Shown: positions 1 through 7,828 of the stretch, one piece after another
Layout: each line of letters opens with the position of its first letter
How positions within the stretch are numbered: the first letter of the stretch is position 1
Assembly (NCBI GenBank): GCA_902778205.1
Contig: CACYWX010000006.1
Span: 1-45,123 of the forward strand
DNA: 45,123 nt
Reading direction: 5' to 3'
DNA from: an uncultured Ruminococcus sp.
Lineage (GTDB): Bacteria > Bacillota > Clostridia > Oscillospirales > CAG-272
Position numbers and translations under genes: made by a program
Notes under the pieces: model-generated
What the model saw: the letters and a program-made list of their open reading frames with translations, nothing else
The model's database searches: none
What the model was told of the DNA's origin: nothing

Positions 1-453
1 TACGACCCCGACGTTGAAATTGGCTACAGATCGCTGATGTAAGGCGGCTGCCATGACGAAATGTAAGAAGATTTTCTGTGCGCTGCTCAGCGTTTGCCTG
101 ATAACGGTTGCTCCCATAGGAACGGTGTTCTCCGTTTCCGCCGACAGGATCAGGTCCCCGGTCCCGAAGCGGTCCTCCTCCCCTCCGTCTCCCACAGGCA
201 GCTTCGCCGTGAAGGTTGAGGTCTCCGTCAGCTCGTGAAGGTTTCCCTCCGCGTCCTGATAGGTCACGGCGTAGGTGACGGTCCCGTCCGCCTCCAGCTC
301 GTTCCCCGCCAGGTATTTTCCGTCAACGGCCGCATCGCCCCGGACTCCCGCGATCCGCCGGATCTCAGGCCGGTAGTCGGGCAGGGTGAAGTCCTCCGCA
401 ACCTCCGCCAAAGTCACCGTGTCCAGTCTCTTTTCATACAGCACCGCGTCCAT
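1..453 (-). CDS. DUF3794-like (spore-associated) protein, N-terminal part; ORF runs off the left edge
   Basis: Minus frame is open from ATG 453-451 to position 1. It is absent from the ORF track because it has no stop in the window. GAGGAGGAG RBS (rc of 460-468) lies 6 nt upstream. The translation MDAVLYEKRLDTVTLAEVAEDFTLPDYRPEIRRIAGVRGDAAVDGKYLAGNELEADGTVTYAVTY resembles DUF3794 repeats; family call is from memory. Confidence 0.5.
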   Translation of the reverse strand, partial: MDAVLYEKRLDTVTLAEVAEDFTLPDYRPEIRRIAGVRGDAAVDGKYLAGNELEADGTVTYAVTYQDAEGNLHELTETSTFTAKLPVGDGGEEDRFGTGDLILSAETENTVPMGATVIRQTLSSAQKIFLHFVMAAALHQRSVANFNVGVV

Positions 454-553
454 GCACCGCTCCTCCTCGCATTTCAGACTGCGGCATTCTATGCGCGTTC
501 CCGGCCGGAGAGAACCGTTTTTTGAAAATCCGGTCCGTGTTTTTCAAAACAAC

Positions 554-582
554 TTGACATCCCGGGCGTTTCGTGGTTTAAT
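554..582 (+). promoter_or_regulatory. sigma-A type promoter for the ACT-domain gene
   Basis: TTGACA (554-559), 17-nt spacer ending in TGG, then TTTAAT (577-582). It sits about 35 nt upstream of the ATG at 617. Confidence 0.6.
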
Positions 583-616
583 ATAGATGCATAAAAATCC
601 AACGGAGGGTATTACC

Positions 617-1048
617 ATGTCCGTCAAGCAGCTTTCCGTTTTCGCAGAGAACAGAAACGGCTCCCTGTATGAAATCACAAAGATCCTGAGCACGGCGGGG
701 ATCAATCTCCGCGCGTTCTCTATTGCCGATACCCAGAATTACGGCATCCTCCGCCTCATCGTATCCGATCCCCGGGCGGCGGCGATGGCGCTCTCCACCG
801 AGGGGAAGATCGTCAGCGTCACCGACGTGGTCAGCGTTCAGATCCCCGACGAGGAGGGCGGCCTCACCGAATTGCTCCGGGTGCTGGCCGAGGCGGATAT
901 TTCCGTGGAGTATCTCTATGCCTTCGTGGCGGCCCGGGGCGGTCATGCCTACGCTGTGATCCGGGTGGAGGACAACGCGAAGACCGAGGAGATCCTGACC
1001 GCGAACGGCTTCACGCTCCTGACCGACGAAGCGCTCCGGCAGGGCTGA
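617..1048 (+). CDS. ACT domain-containing (amino-acid-binding regulatory) protein
   Basis: In-frame ATG at 617 preceded by GGAGGG (604-609). Two ACT-like halves are visible: LSVFAENRNGSLYEITKILSTAGINLRAFSIADT and VSVQIPDEEGGLTELLRVLAEADISVEYLYAF. Confidence 0.8.
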   Translation: MSVKQLSVFAENRNGSLYEITKILSTAGINLRAFSIADTQNYGILRLIVSDPRAAAMALSTEGKIVSVTDVVSVQIPDEEGGLTELLRVLAEADISVEYLYAFVAARGGHAYAVIRVEDNAKTEEILTANGFTLLTDEALRQG

Positions 1049-1049
1049 T

Positions 1050-2531
1050 ATGGCGAACCGCGCATTTGCCCACGTCCCCTCTCACCAATCCCGTCCCGGG
1101 GAGAGGCTCGCGGGCCTTTTCTACTTTTTGTGGCTGGGTGAGCACGGACGGGGCGCTCCCCTGGATATTTCAAAAATCACGGCGGCTCATCCGGACGCGG
1201 GGTACCATCCGGACGCTCCGTACTGGGGCGGCGTGGGCGTCTACCATCACTGGGGCGAGCCCTTCTACGGGTATTATTATTCCGACGACGAATGGGTGGT
1301 GCGCCGCCATATGAAGCTGATCCTGCAGGCGGGGATCGACTTTCTCTTCTTCGACACCACCAACTCCGTGATCTACGAGAACAACGCAAAGCTGGTCATG
1401 AAGGTGCTCGAAGAGTATCACGACGCGGGATGGGACGTGCCGAAGGTCATGTTCTATACCAACACCCGCTCCGGAGACACGGTTCAGCGGATCTACGAGG
1501 CGGTCTACCGGCCGGGATACTGCCGCGATACCTGGTTCTCCATGGACGGGCGTCCCGTGATTATCGCCGTGCCGGAGGAGTGCTCCCCCGAGTGCCGGGA
1601 TTTCTTCAACATCAAGCTGTCCCAGTGGCCCAACGAGCCGGACAAGGCCGGAGGATGGCCCTGGATGGACTTTGTGCGGCCTCAGCGGGTGTTCCCGAAT
1701 CTCAGGGGCGAGCCGGAGTGCATCAACGTGTCCGTGGCCCAGCATCCCCAGATCCGGTTCGGCGACTCCGTCCTGTACGGGGAGACCGCCAACCGGGGCC
1801 GGGCCTTCCACGACGGGAGAAACGATCCCGCGCCGGACGCCTGGACGAAGGGGTACAATCTCAGAGAGCAATTTGAACGGGCTCTGGAGGTGAAGGCTCC
1901 CGTGACCCTGGTGACCGGCTGGAACGAGTGGATCGCCGGACGCTGGCAGGGGATCCCGGAGCGGCCCGTCATGTTTGTGGACTGCGCCAACGGGGAGTTC
2001 AGCCGGGACATCGAGATGATGCGGGGCGGGTACTTCGACAACTACTACCGCCTCCTCTGCGAATACACCGCCCGTCTGAAGGGCGAGGCGCCGGAGGCTC
2101 AGCTGGAGGACGGAGGATCCGCGGATTTCCCCGGCTATCCCGACGGGAACTTCAACCGGGACGCGGAGGGATACGGGACCCGCTACGTCAACCGCACCGG
2201 ACGGTATTCCATTCGCAATATCCGGGTCTGCAGGGAAGGGGACACGGTTCGCTTCACCCTGACGGCGGCGGAGCCCTTCGATCCCGGGGATGCGGGCGGG
2301 ACCTTCATGCGCCTGTGGGTCTGGGACGAAAACGGGGAACCGGTTCCCGAGGCCTCGATGACGCGGGAGGTCCGGGAGCGCGAGACGGTTTATACGGTCC
2401 CTCTGTCCGGTTCATGGCTGGATTTCAAGGCCGCCGACAGCCGGGAACCCATCGAAGCGCCGGAGGACTTCTACGACCACGGGGATGTTCTGCCCCTGGG
2501 ATACGCCCGGTACAGGGTCTGTTTCCGCTGA
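1050..2531 (+). CDS. glycoside-hydrolase-like TIM-barrel protein (family not assignable by eye)
   Basis: 493-aa ORF coupled to the upstream stop (TGATATG). Motifs WGEPFYGYYYSDDEWVVRRHMKLILQAGIDFLFFDTTN and GWNEWIAGRW look like a polysaccharide-hydrolase catalytic core. Confidence 0.7.
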   Translation: MANRAFAHVPSHQSRPGERLAGLFYFLWLGEHGRGAPLDISKITAAHPDAGYHPDAPYWGGVGVYHHWGEPFYGYYYSDDEWVVRRHMKLILQAGIDFLFFDTTNSVIYENNAKLVMKVLEEYHDAGWDVPKVMFYTNTRSGDTVQRIYEAVYRPGYCRDTWFSMDGRPVIIAVPEECSPECRDFFNIKLSQWPNEPDKAGGWPWMDFVRPQRVFPNLRGEPECINVSVAQHPQIRFGDSVLYGETANRGRAFHDGRNDPAPDAWTKGYNLREQFERALEVKAPVTLVTGWNEWIAGRWQGIPERPVMFVDCANGEFSRDIEMMRGGYFDNYYRLLCEYTARLKGEAPEAQLEDGGSADFPGYPDGNFNRDAEGYGTRYVNRTGRYSIRNIRVCREGDTVRFTLTAAEPFDPGDAGGTFMRLWVWDENGEPVPEASMTREVRERETVYTVPLSGSWLDFKAADSREPIEAPEDFYDHGDVLPLGYARYRVCFR

Positions 2532-2545
2532 GCGTCCGGCCGTTC

Positions 2546-2574
2546 TTGACAAACTCCGGCGTCTGTGCTATACT
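2546..2574 (+). promoter_or_regulatory. sigma-A type promoter
   Basis: TTGACA (2546-2551), 17-nt spacer ending in TGC, then TATACT (2569-2574), upstream of the ORF starting at 2613. Confidence 0.6.
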
Positions 2575-2612
2575 TTTTTAGGGAAAACAGTCGGACAGGG
2601 ACGGTCTGAGAT

Positions 2613-3734
2613 ATGAAGACATCGGAAGAAAAGCTCCGGCGCAGGCAGGAGAAGCAGGAAAAGCGGGCGGCGGAGAAGCGGAAAAAGGAAAAATCCCGCG
2701 CCATTCGGGCCAGGGAACTGGTGGTGCCGGTGCTGAGGGACGCGGTCCCCCTTCTGCGGGATCCGGAGCAGGAGAAGCTGGTCCTGCCCTTTGAGCGGGA
2801 GGCGGACCGGATTTCGGCTTCGCTTGAGGACGGGATGGCGGAGATGAAGGCCTTCTACGTCCGTCTGGCGGAATCAGACGCGCCGGAGGAGATGCGAGAC
2901 GAGGTGCTGGGACGGGCGCTGTCCTGGCGGAGATCCGGGGATCGTCTGGCGGCGGCCTCTCTCCGGTCCTACGAGGCGGCGGACGAGGTCAGCGCGCGGT
3001 TCAACGACCTGACCAAGGCCAGAAAGAAAAGCCGCCTCCCGGTCATCGGACGCGCTCCCGCCAACGCCGTCATCGATCTGGAGGAGGAGCAGGGGAACCA
3101 CTTCGCGAAAGGTCTGAATCTCTACAAGCTCCTCATGATCCTCTACATCGGGTCCTTCGCGGGCGTGGTGGTGGAGCTGATCTGGTGCTTTCTGCGCCAC
3201 GGGTATCTGGAGAGCAGGGCTGGGCTGGTATACGGTCCCTTCAATCTGCTCTACGGCGTGGGCGCGGCGGCTCTGACCGTGTTCCTGTACCGCTACCGGA
3301 ACCGGGGACGCTGGCTGTCATTCCTTGTGGGCATGGCCGTGGGCAGCGCGGTGGAATACGCCTGCTCCTGGGCTCAGGAGACCTTTCTGGGCTCCCGGTC
3401 CTGGGACTACAGCGAAATGCCCTTCAATCTGAACGGGCGCATCTGTCTGGAGTATTCCGTCTTCTGGGGCTTCCTCGGCATCCTGTGGATGAAGAATCTC
3501 TATCCCCGCATGGCGGCGGTCATCATCCGGATCCCCGACAAATGGGGCCGGATTCTGACCTGGGCGCTGTTCGCCTTCTTCCTCTTCGACGCCGTGGTGT
3601 CCCTTCTGGCGGTCATGCGCTGGCACGGCCGGGTGACGGGAGTCGGAGCGTCAAATGCTTTCTGGAGGTTCGTGGATCTGCGTTTTCCGGACGAGCGGAT
3701 GCAGAGGATCTACGCCAACCTGGTCTGGTCCTGA
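2613..3734 (+). CDS. membrane protein with K/E-rich N-terminus and a CmpB-like ('putative ABC-transporter type IV', PF06541-like) domain
   Basis: 373-aa ORF. The C-terminal half (LYKLLMILYIGSFAGVVVELIWCFL...GPFNLLYGVGAA...EYACSW...SWDYS...NLNGRICLEYSVFWG) matches my recollection of the CmpB/DUF1113 family. The N-terminal ~170 aa are charged and coiled-coil-like. Confidence 0.7.
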   Translation: MKTSEEKLRRRQEKQEKRAAEKRKKEKSRAIRARELVVPVLRDAVPLLRDPEQEKLVLPFEREADRISASLEDGMAEMKAFYVRLAESDAPEEMRDEVLGRALSWRRSGDRLAAASLRSYEAADEVSARFNDLTKARKKSRLPVIGRAPANAVIDLEEEQGNHFAKGLNLYKLLMILYIGSFAGVVVELIWCFLRHGYLESRAGLVYGPFNLLYGVGAAALTVFLYRYRNRGRWLSFLVGMAVGSAVEYACSWAQETFLGSRSWDYSEMPFNLNGRICLEYSVFWGFLGILWMKNLYPRMAAVIIRIPDKWGRILTWALFAFFLFDAVVSLLAVMRWHGRVTGVGASNAFWRFVDLRFPDERMQRIYANLVWS

Positions 3735-3894
3735 CGTCAGGGCCCGAAACCCGCAAAAAATCCGAAACTTTCCCGTTTTTTTACGGAAAACTTTACTGAG
3801 GGTATGGATTTTGCAGACAAGATATGCTATAATACCACAGTAAGGATCGCACGATCCGCTTACCATCAACGAAAAAATGAAAAGAGGATTTATC

Positions 3895-4170
3895 ATGAAC
3901 AAGCAGGAACTCATCCGGAAGATCGCGGCGGACGCGGGTCTTACCCAGAAGCAGGCTGCGGCGGCTCTCGAGTCTGCCGTGAAGACCATCGAAGACACCG
4001 TTGCGGACGGCGGTAAGGTCTCCCTGATCGGCTTCGGCACCTTCGAGGCCAAGGAGCGCAAGGCCAGAACCAGCCGCAACCCCCGGACCGGCGAGGCTGT
4101 CGACGTCCCCGCTTCCACCGCTCCCGCCTTTAAGGCCGGCAAGGAATTCAAGGACAAGGTCAACAAATAA
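3895..4170 (+). CDS. hup: HU family DNA-binding protein
   Basis: MNKQELIRKIAADAGLTQKQAAAALESAVKTIEDTVADGGKVSLIGFGTFEAKERKARTSRNPRTGEAVDVPASTAPAFKAGKEFKDKVNK is a canonical HU sequence. ATG at 3895 follows AGAGGA. Extended -10 TGCTATAAT at 3824-3832. Confidence 0.95.
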   Translation: MNKQELIRKIAADAGLTQKQAAAALESAVKTIEDTVADGGKVSLIGFGTFEAKERKARTSRNPRTGEAVDVPASTAPAFKAGKEFKDKVNK

Positions 4171-4185
4171 GTCACAGAGACAAGG

Positions 4186-4211
4186 AAACCGGCTTTCGCG
4201 GCCGGTTTTTT
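4186..4211 (+). terminator. rho-independent terminator of hup
   Basis: Stem AAACCGGC (4186-4193) pairs with GCCGGTTT (4201-4208), running into a T-run through 4211. Confidence 0.8.
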
Positions 4212-4276
4212 GCTTTCCGCGGAACATGCGGATGCACAGTGCGAACGCACAGTGTGAATACACAGGAGGATTGCAT

Positions 4277-6238
4277 ATGGATCGGAATCGGTTTGCCGAA
4301 CCCCTGCCCGAGGACCGGCCCTACCGGCTGGTGCACGATACCCGGGGCGTTCCGGAGGCTCTGGACAGGCTGAAGGATGACGGCTTCGGCGGCATCGTGA
4401 CCAACGCGGACTGGCACAACGGAGCGGACAATCTGGGACAAGTCCCCGGACAATATCTCGGCGAGGAGGAGGATTTCCGCCGCCTGGACCGGGTGATCGG
4501 GGAATGCGCCGCGCGGGACCTGGGCGTCTGGCTCTACGACGAGAAGGGCTATCCCAGCGCGTCGGCCGACGGACTCACCATGCTGGGCCATCCGGAATAC
4601 GAGGCCAGGGGTTTCACCGAGCTGGCCGGAGGAGGAGAGGGCACGGTGTTCCGCCGTCCGGATCTCTTCGAGAAGATCATTTTCGCCTGCCGCGCCGACG
4701 GATCCCCGGTTTCCTTCGACGCCGACCATGCGGAGGGAGCGGACCGGATCTACGCCGTGCGGCCCGTGTTCGAGGGATCCCACGCCCAGAAATGCGGATG
4801 GGGACCGCGGCATTACCCGAATCTGCTGGACCGCAGAGCCGTCGGTGCCTTCATCCGGTGCACCTACGATCGGTATTATGAGAAGACGGAGCGGTTCGGG
4901 GACTTCGCCGCCGTGTTCACCGACGAGCCCAGCCTTATGGCCGGGTACGTCAACTGCGGCGTTCCCATGCCCTGCGCGTTCCTGCCCTGGGCCGACGATC
5001 TGCCGGAGGTCTTCCGCCGGATGCACGGGCGTGAATTCGTCCTCGATCTGCCGGTCCTGTTCTCCCGGGAGGAGCGGTTCGAGGAGGGAAAGCTCCGGTA
5101 CTGGCAGACCGTAGCCGCCATGATGAACGACGCCTTCTTCGGTCAGATCGCCGACTGGTGCGCGTGCCACGGCATCGCCTTCTCCGGCCACTGCCTGCTG
5201 GAGGAGAGTCTGTCCATGCATGTGCCGCTGTACGGAAACCTGATCCGCCAGCTGAAAACCCTCCGGTATCCCGGCGTGGACATGCTGACCGGGGACCCCG
5301 AGGCTTACAAGCGATCCCCGATCGATTACGCCATGGCCTGCCGGTACGCGGGAGGAGCGGCCCGGATGACGGGGAAGACGGAGCGGGTCATGGTGGAGAT
5401 CTGCCCGCTTCCTCAGACCAGGGGCATGAAGGACTTCACCTTCGCCGAGGAGCGGGGAACCATGGACCTGATCTTCCGGGCGGGGATCAACCACATCAAC
5501 TCCTATCTGACGCCTGAGCGGCTGAACGGGGAATTTCCCCATTACGCCGCCATCTTCGGACGGTCCGCGTATATGCTCCGGGGCGCCCGCTGGAACGGCC
5601 GGATCGGCATGTATTATCCCATCGAGACCGCTCAGGGCTTCTACTATCCCGACAACGTGGGCGTCAATTCCGGAGCCGCTCTGCCCGAAGCCATCCGGGG
5701 CGAAGAGGCCGTCATGCGGGAGCTGAATCTGGCCGCAGCGGAGGCCGGTCTGGACTACACCGTCGTGGACGCGGACTGGATTGTGGAAGCCGCGTGCGAA
5801 AAGGGCGTACTGAAGGCGAACGGCCTTGCAATCGAAGCCCTGCTTATGCCCGCTGTCCGGTGGATCGCTCCGGCCGTGCGGGACAGACTGGCGCGGTTTG
5901 AAAAAGAGGGCGGGCTGATCCTGTGGGTCGGATGCGTCCCGGAGGGGATGACGGACTGTGCCGCGGTTGACGTGAACGGAGCCGTCGGGAGCCTGAAGGA
6001 GAGGATCCGGTACGGGCTGACCCTCAGGGCGGAGCGGCCGGAGAGCCTCTTCGTCAGCCCCTATGAGAAGGAGGGGCGGCGCATGTGGTACCTGATCAAT
6101 TCCTCTCCGGAGGAAAACCGGGTAGAGCTCGGACCGGAGCTGTCCTGCGAGATCTGGCATACCTTTACGGGAGAGGTGAACCGGGACCGCGCTTTCACCA
6201 TGCCGCCCTATACCTCCGTCTTCGTCACGGAGGACTGA
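4277..6238 (+). CDS. glycoside-hydrolase-like protein (large, multi-domain; family not assignable by eye)
   Basis: ATG at 4277 follows AGGAGG (4265-4270). The N-terminal block GFGGIVTNADW...YLGEEEDFRRLDRVIGECAARDLGVWLYDEKGYPSASADG is typical of a widespread uncharacterised GH-like family. High-GC third-position coding pattern. Confidence 0.7.
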   Translation: MDRNRFAEPLPEDRPYRLVHDTRGVPEALDRLKDDGFGGIVTNADWHNGADNLGQVPGQYLGEEEDFRRLDRVIGECAARDLGVWLYDEKGYPSASADGLTMLGHPEYEARGFTELAGGGEGTVFRRPDLFEKIIFACRADGSPVSFDADHAEGADRIYAVRPVFEGSHAQKCGWGPRHYPNLLDRRAVGAFIRCTYDRYYEKTERFGDFAAVFTDEPSLMAGYVNCGVPMPCAFLPWADDLPEVFRRMHGREFVLDLPVLFSREERFEEGKLRYWQTVAAMMNDAFFGQIADWCACHGIAFSGHCLLEESLSMHVPLYGNLIRQLKTLRYPGVDMLTGDPEAYKRSPIDYAMACRYAGGAARMTGKTERVMVEICPLPQTRGMKDFTFAEERGTMDLIFRAGINHINSYLTPERLNGEFPHYAAIFGRSAYMLRGARWNGRIGMYYPIETAQGFYYPDNVGVNSGAALPEAIRGEEAVMRELNLAAAEAGLDYTVVDADWIVEAACEKGVLKANGLAIEALLMPAVRWIAPAVRDRLARFEKEGGLILWVGCVPEGMTDCAAVDVNGAVGSLKERIRYGLTLRAERPESLFVSPYEKEGRRMWYLINSSPEENRVELGPELSCEIWHTFTGEVNRDRAFTMPPYTSVFVTED

Positions 6239-6303
6239 CCGGTCCCGGACATTCAAGGTTCCCGACAGCGCCGGATTTCCCCCGGAAATTTTCCCCAAAC
6301 CCA

Positions 6304-6332
6304 TTGACAAAGCCCGCGGGCCGTGCTATAAT
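6304..6332 (+). promoter_or_regulatory. consensus sigma-A promoter of tRNA-Ala
   Basis: TTGACA (6304-6309), 17-nt spacer ending in TGC, then TATAAT (6327-6332). The tRNA starts 14 nt downstream of the -10. Confidence 0.8.
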
Positions 6333-6345
6333 ATACACCGTTCAC

Positions 6346-6418
6346 GGGCTTGTAGCTCAGTTGGGAGAGCGCTGCGTTCGCAACGCAGAGGTCGTGGGTT
6401 CGAATCCCATCAGGTCCA
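6346..6418 (+). tRNA. tRNA-Ala (anticodon CGC)
   Basis: Hand-folded cloverleaf. Acceptor GGGCTTG/CAGGTCC with the G3:U70 alanine identity pair, D arm GCTC/GAGC, anticodon stem CTGCG/CGCAG with loop TTCGCAA, T arm GTGGG-TTCGAAT-CCCAT, discriminator A. CCA is not encoded. Confidence 0.9.
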
Positions 6419-6419
6419 T

Positions 6420-6456
6420 AACAAAAAATCAGTCCCACGGGGGCTGATTTTTTGTT
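6420..6456. terminator. bidirectional intrinsic terminator hairpin after tRNA-Ala
   Basis: AACAAAAAATCAG (6420-6432) pairs with CTGATTTTTTGTT (6444-6456). A-run on one side and T-run on the other. Confidence 0.8.
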
Positions 6457-6593
6457 ATCGATTTCGGTGGGTGAGTCCCGCATGGAGTTTCTTTCGATTG
6501 CAAACGACTTCGGCTGAAGCAAACTCGGAAGCCGCAGTTGGGAATCAGCCCTCACGCCCGTGGAAACTCCGGGAAGCCGCGTCAGCCGCGTCG

Positions 6594-6615
6594 GGGTTCG
6601 AATCCCATCAGGTCC
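6594..6615 (+). repeat. exact 22-bp direct repeat of the tRNA-Ala 3' end (copy of 6396-6417)
   Basis: GGGTTCGAATCCCATCAGGTCC occurs at 6396-6417 (T-loop to acceptor 3' strand) and again at 6594-6615. The flanking bases differ, and no 5' half of a tRNA precedes the second copy. Confidence 0.85.
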
Positions 6616-6650
6616 GTTTAATTTTTATGACGATCCTCCGCAGAAACCGA

Positions 6651-6679
6651 TTGACTTTTTCTCCGTCATCCTGTATAAT
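6651..6679 (+). promoter_or_regulatory. sigma-A type promoter
   Basis: TTGACT (6651-6656), 17-nt spacer, then TATAAT (6674-6679), upstream of the ORF starting at 6736. Confidence 0.65.
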
Positions 6680-6735
6680 ATGCTTGCGCACTCTTGAAAA
6701 ACTTCCATTTTCATGAACCAAAGGGGGAAACAAAC

Positions 6736-7614
6736 ATGAAACACACCGTTCGCAAGCTGACAGCCGTCATTCTCGCATCCATTCTGCTGATGGCGCTCAT
6801 TCCCGCCACGGCCTCTGCCGCGGTTGCCGGACCCAGCGCGCCGTCCTTCGGAGCCGTCATGCGCCACACGCCCCATACGCTCTTCCCGGTGCCCGGAACC
6901 GCCGTCCTCGAAGTGACCGACGCCGAGACCGGACTGCCGGTTGCCGGAGCGAAGTACGACCTGTACCGGATCTCCGCGTACGGCGGGAAGGACACGAAGG
7001 TTGCCTCCTCCGCCACCAACAAGGACGGCCTGATCACCGTCAGCCATGCCATGACCGGATCCTTCTACTGGGTTGCGGCCGGAGAGACCGAGGGCTATGC
7101 CGCGGATGAAACGAAGCATGAGTTCTCCGTCATCGGCGCGCACCGTACCGTCACCGGGATCGCTCTGGCGAAGCCCGTGATCGAAGAGGAGGCGGAAGAG
7201 GAACCGGCGGCCATCGCGGAAGAGGAAGCGGCTGTCGAAACCGAGGCTGAGGCCGAAACCGACGCCGTCACCGATCTGCTCTTCGGCGGCTGGGACACGG
7301 ACGTGGATCCCGAGATCACCGACGAGCTCAAGGCCATTTTTGAGAAGGGAATCGAAGGCCTGCTGGGCGTGACCTACGAGCCCTATTCCTACTATGCCTC
7401 CCAGATCGTGGCCGGACGGAACCACTGCTTCCTTTGCACCGCGACTCCGGTCGTTCCGGATGCCGAGCCCTACTTCGCCTTCGTGTTCCTCTATGAGGAT
7501 CTGGAGGGCAATGTGGAGCTGACGAAGATCATCACCATGGATGAGTTCCTGGAAGGCGCCTTCGACACCATCGACTCTCTGCTGGGCGAGACCGCGGCGA
7601 TCCTCGGTGAATAA
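6736..7614 (+). CDS. secreted protein: signal peptide, Cna-B/SpaA-like beta domain, acidic linker, cystatin/monellin-like C-terminal domain
   Basis: ATG at 6736 follows AAGGGGG. Signal peptide MKHTVRKLTAVILASILLMALIPATASAA. Then VLEVTDAETGLPVAGAKYDLYRI...NKDGLITV (prealbumin-like fold), an E/A-rich linker, and GGW...YEPYSYYASQIVAGRNHCFLC (cystatin-like pattern). Domain calls are by eye. Confidence 0.65.
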   Translation: MKHTVRKLTAVILASILLMALIPATASAAVAGPSAPSFGAVMRHTPHTLFPVPGTAVLEVTDAETGLPVAGAKYDLYRISAYGGKDTKVASSATNKDGLITVSHAMTGSFYWVAAGETEGYAADETKHEFSVIGAHRTVTGIALAKPVIEEEAEEEPAAIAEEEAAVETEAEAETDAVTDLLFGGWDTDVDPEITDELKAIFEKGIEGLLGVTYEPYSYYASQIVAGRNHCFLCTATPVVPDAEPYFAFVFLYEDLEGNVELTKIITMDEFLEGAFDTIDSLLGETAAILGE

Positions 7615-7828
7615 GCGGACCCGAAGCGGACTCAGCTGAAACCGAATACTTCCATGACCGGGACGGACAGGATCTGCCCCGGTTTTTTGTTCTCCGGCAG
7701 GTCCCGGGCGGACGCAACCGGCGGTAGAGAAAAAAACAAACAGGGGGCCCTTGTGCTTTTCCGCCGTACGCGGTATCATGGGACTGCAGGCGGAACTGCC
7801 TGACTTCTGCGAAAAAGGAGAATCCATC

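Noticed and set aside
53-238. 61-aa plus-strand ORF with a signal-peptide-like N-terminus (MTKCKKIFCALLSVCLITVAPIG...)
   Set aside because: It lies fully inside, and antisense to, the longer open minus frame, which has a strong GAGGAGGAG RBS and DUF3794-like sequence. It has no RBS of its own, and its C-terminal half is S/P-rich nonsense.
4172-6310. 712-aa minus-strand ORF covering the whole GH-like gene
   Set aside because: It is antisense to an ORF with a good RBS and recognisable GH-like blocks. Its translation is R/G/P/H/V-rich with no motifs. This is a typical shadow ORF of GC-rich DNA.
6437-6616. Possible tmRNA (ssrA). It has a GGGGCTGAT-like 5' end, a GCAAACGAC string reminiscent of the E. 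coli tag start, and a T-arm plus acceptor-like 3' end.
   Set aside because: At ~180 nt it is far too short for one-piece tmRNA. The would-be tag reading frame gives ANDFG-stop rather than a hydrophobic ...LAA tail. The T-stem has only 3 bp, the acceptor pairing has a G-G mismatch, and the GGGGCTGAT is simply the 3' arm region of the tRNA terminator hairpin.
6540-6616. Second tRNA gene ending at the duplicated 3' sequence
   Set aside because: No GGRYYTG acceptor 5' strand exists within 60-100 nt upstream, the T-stem cannot form, and no anticodon arm can be drawn. It is only a 22-bp partial copy.
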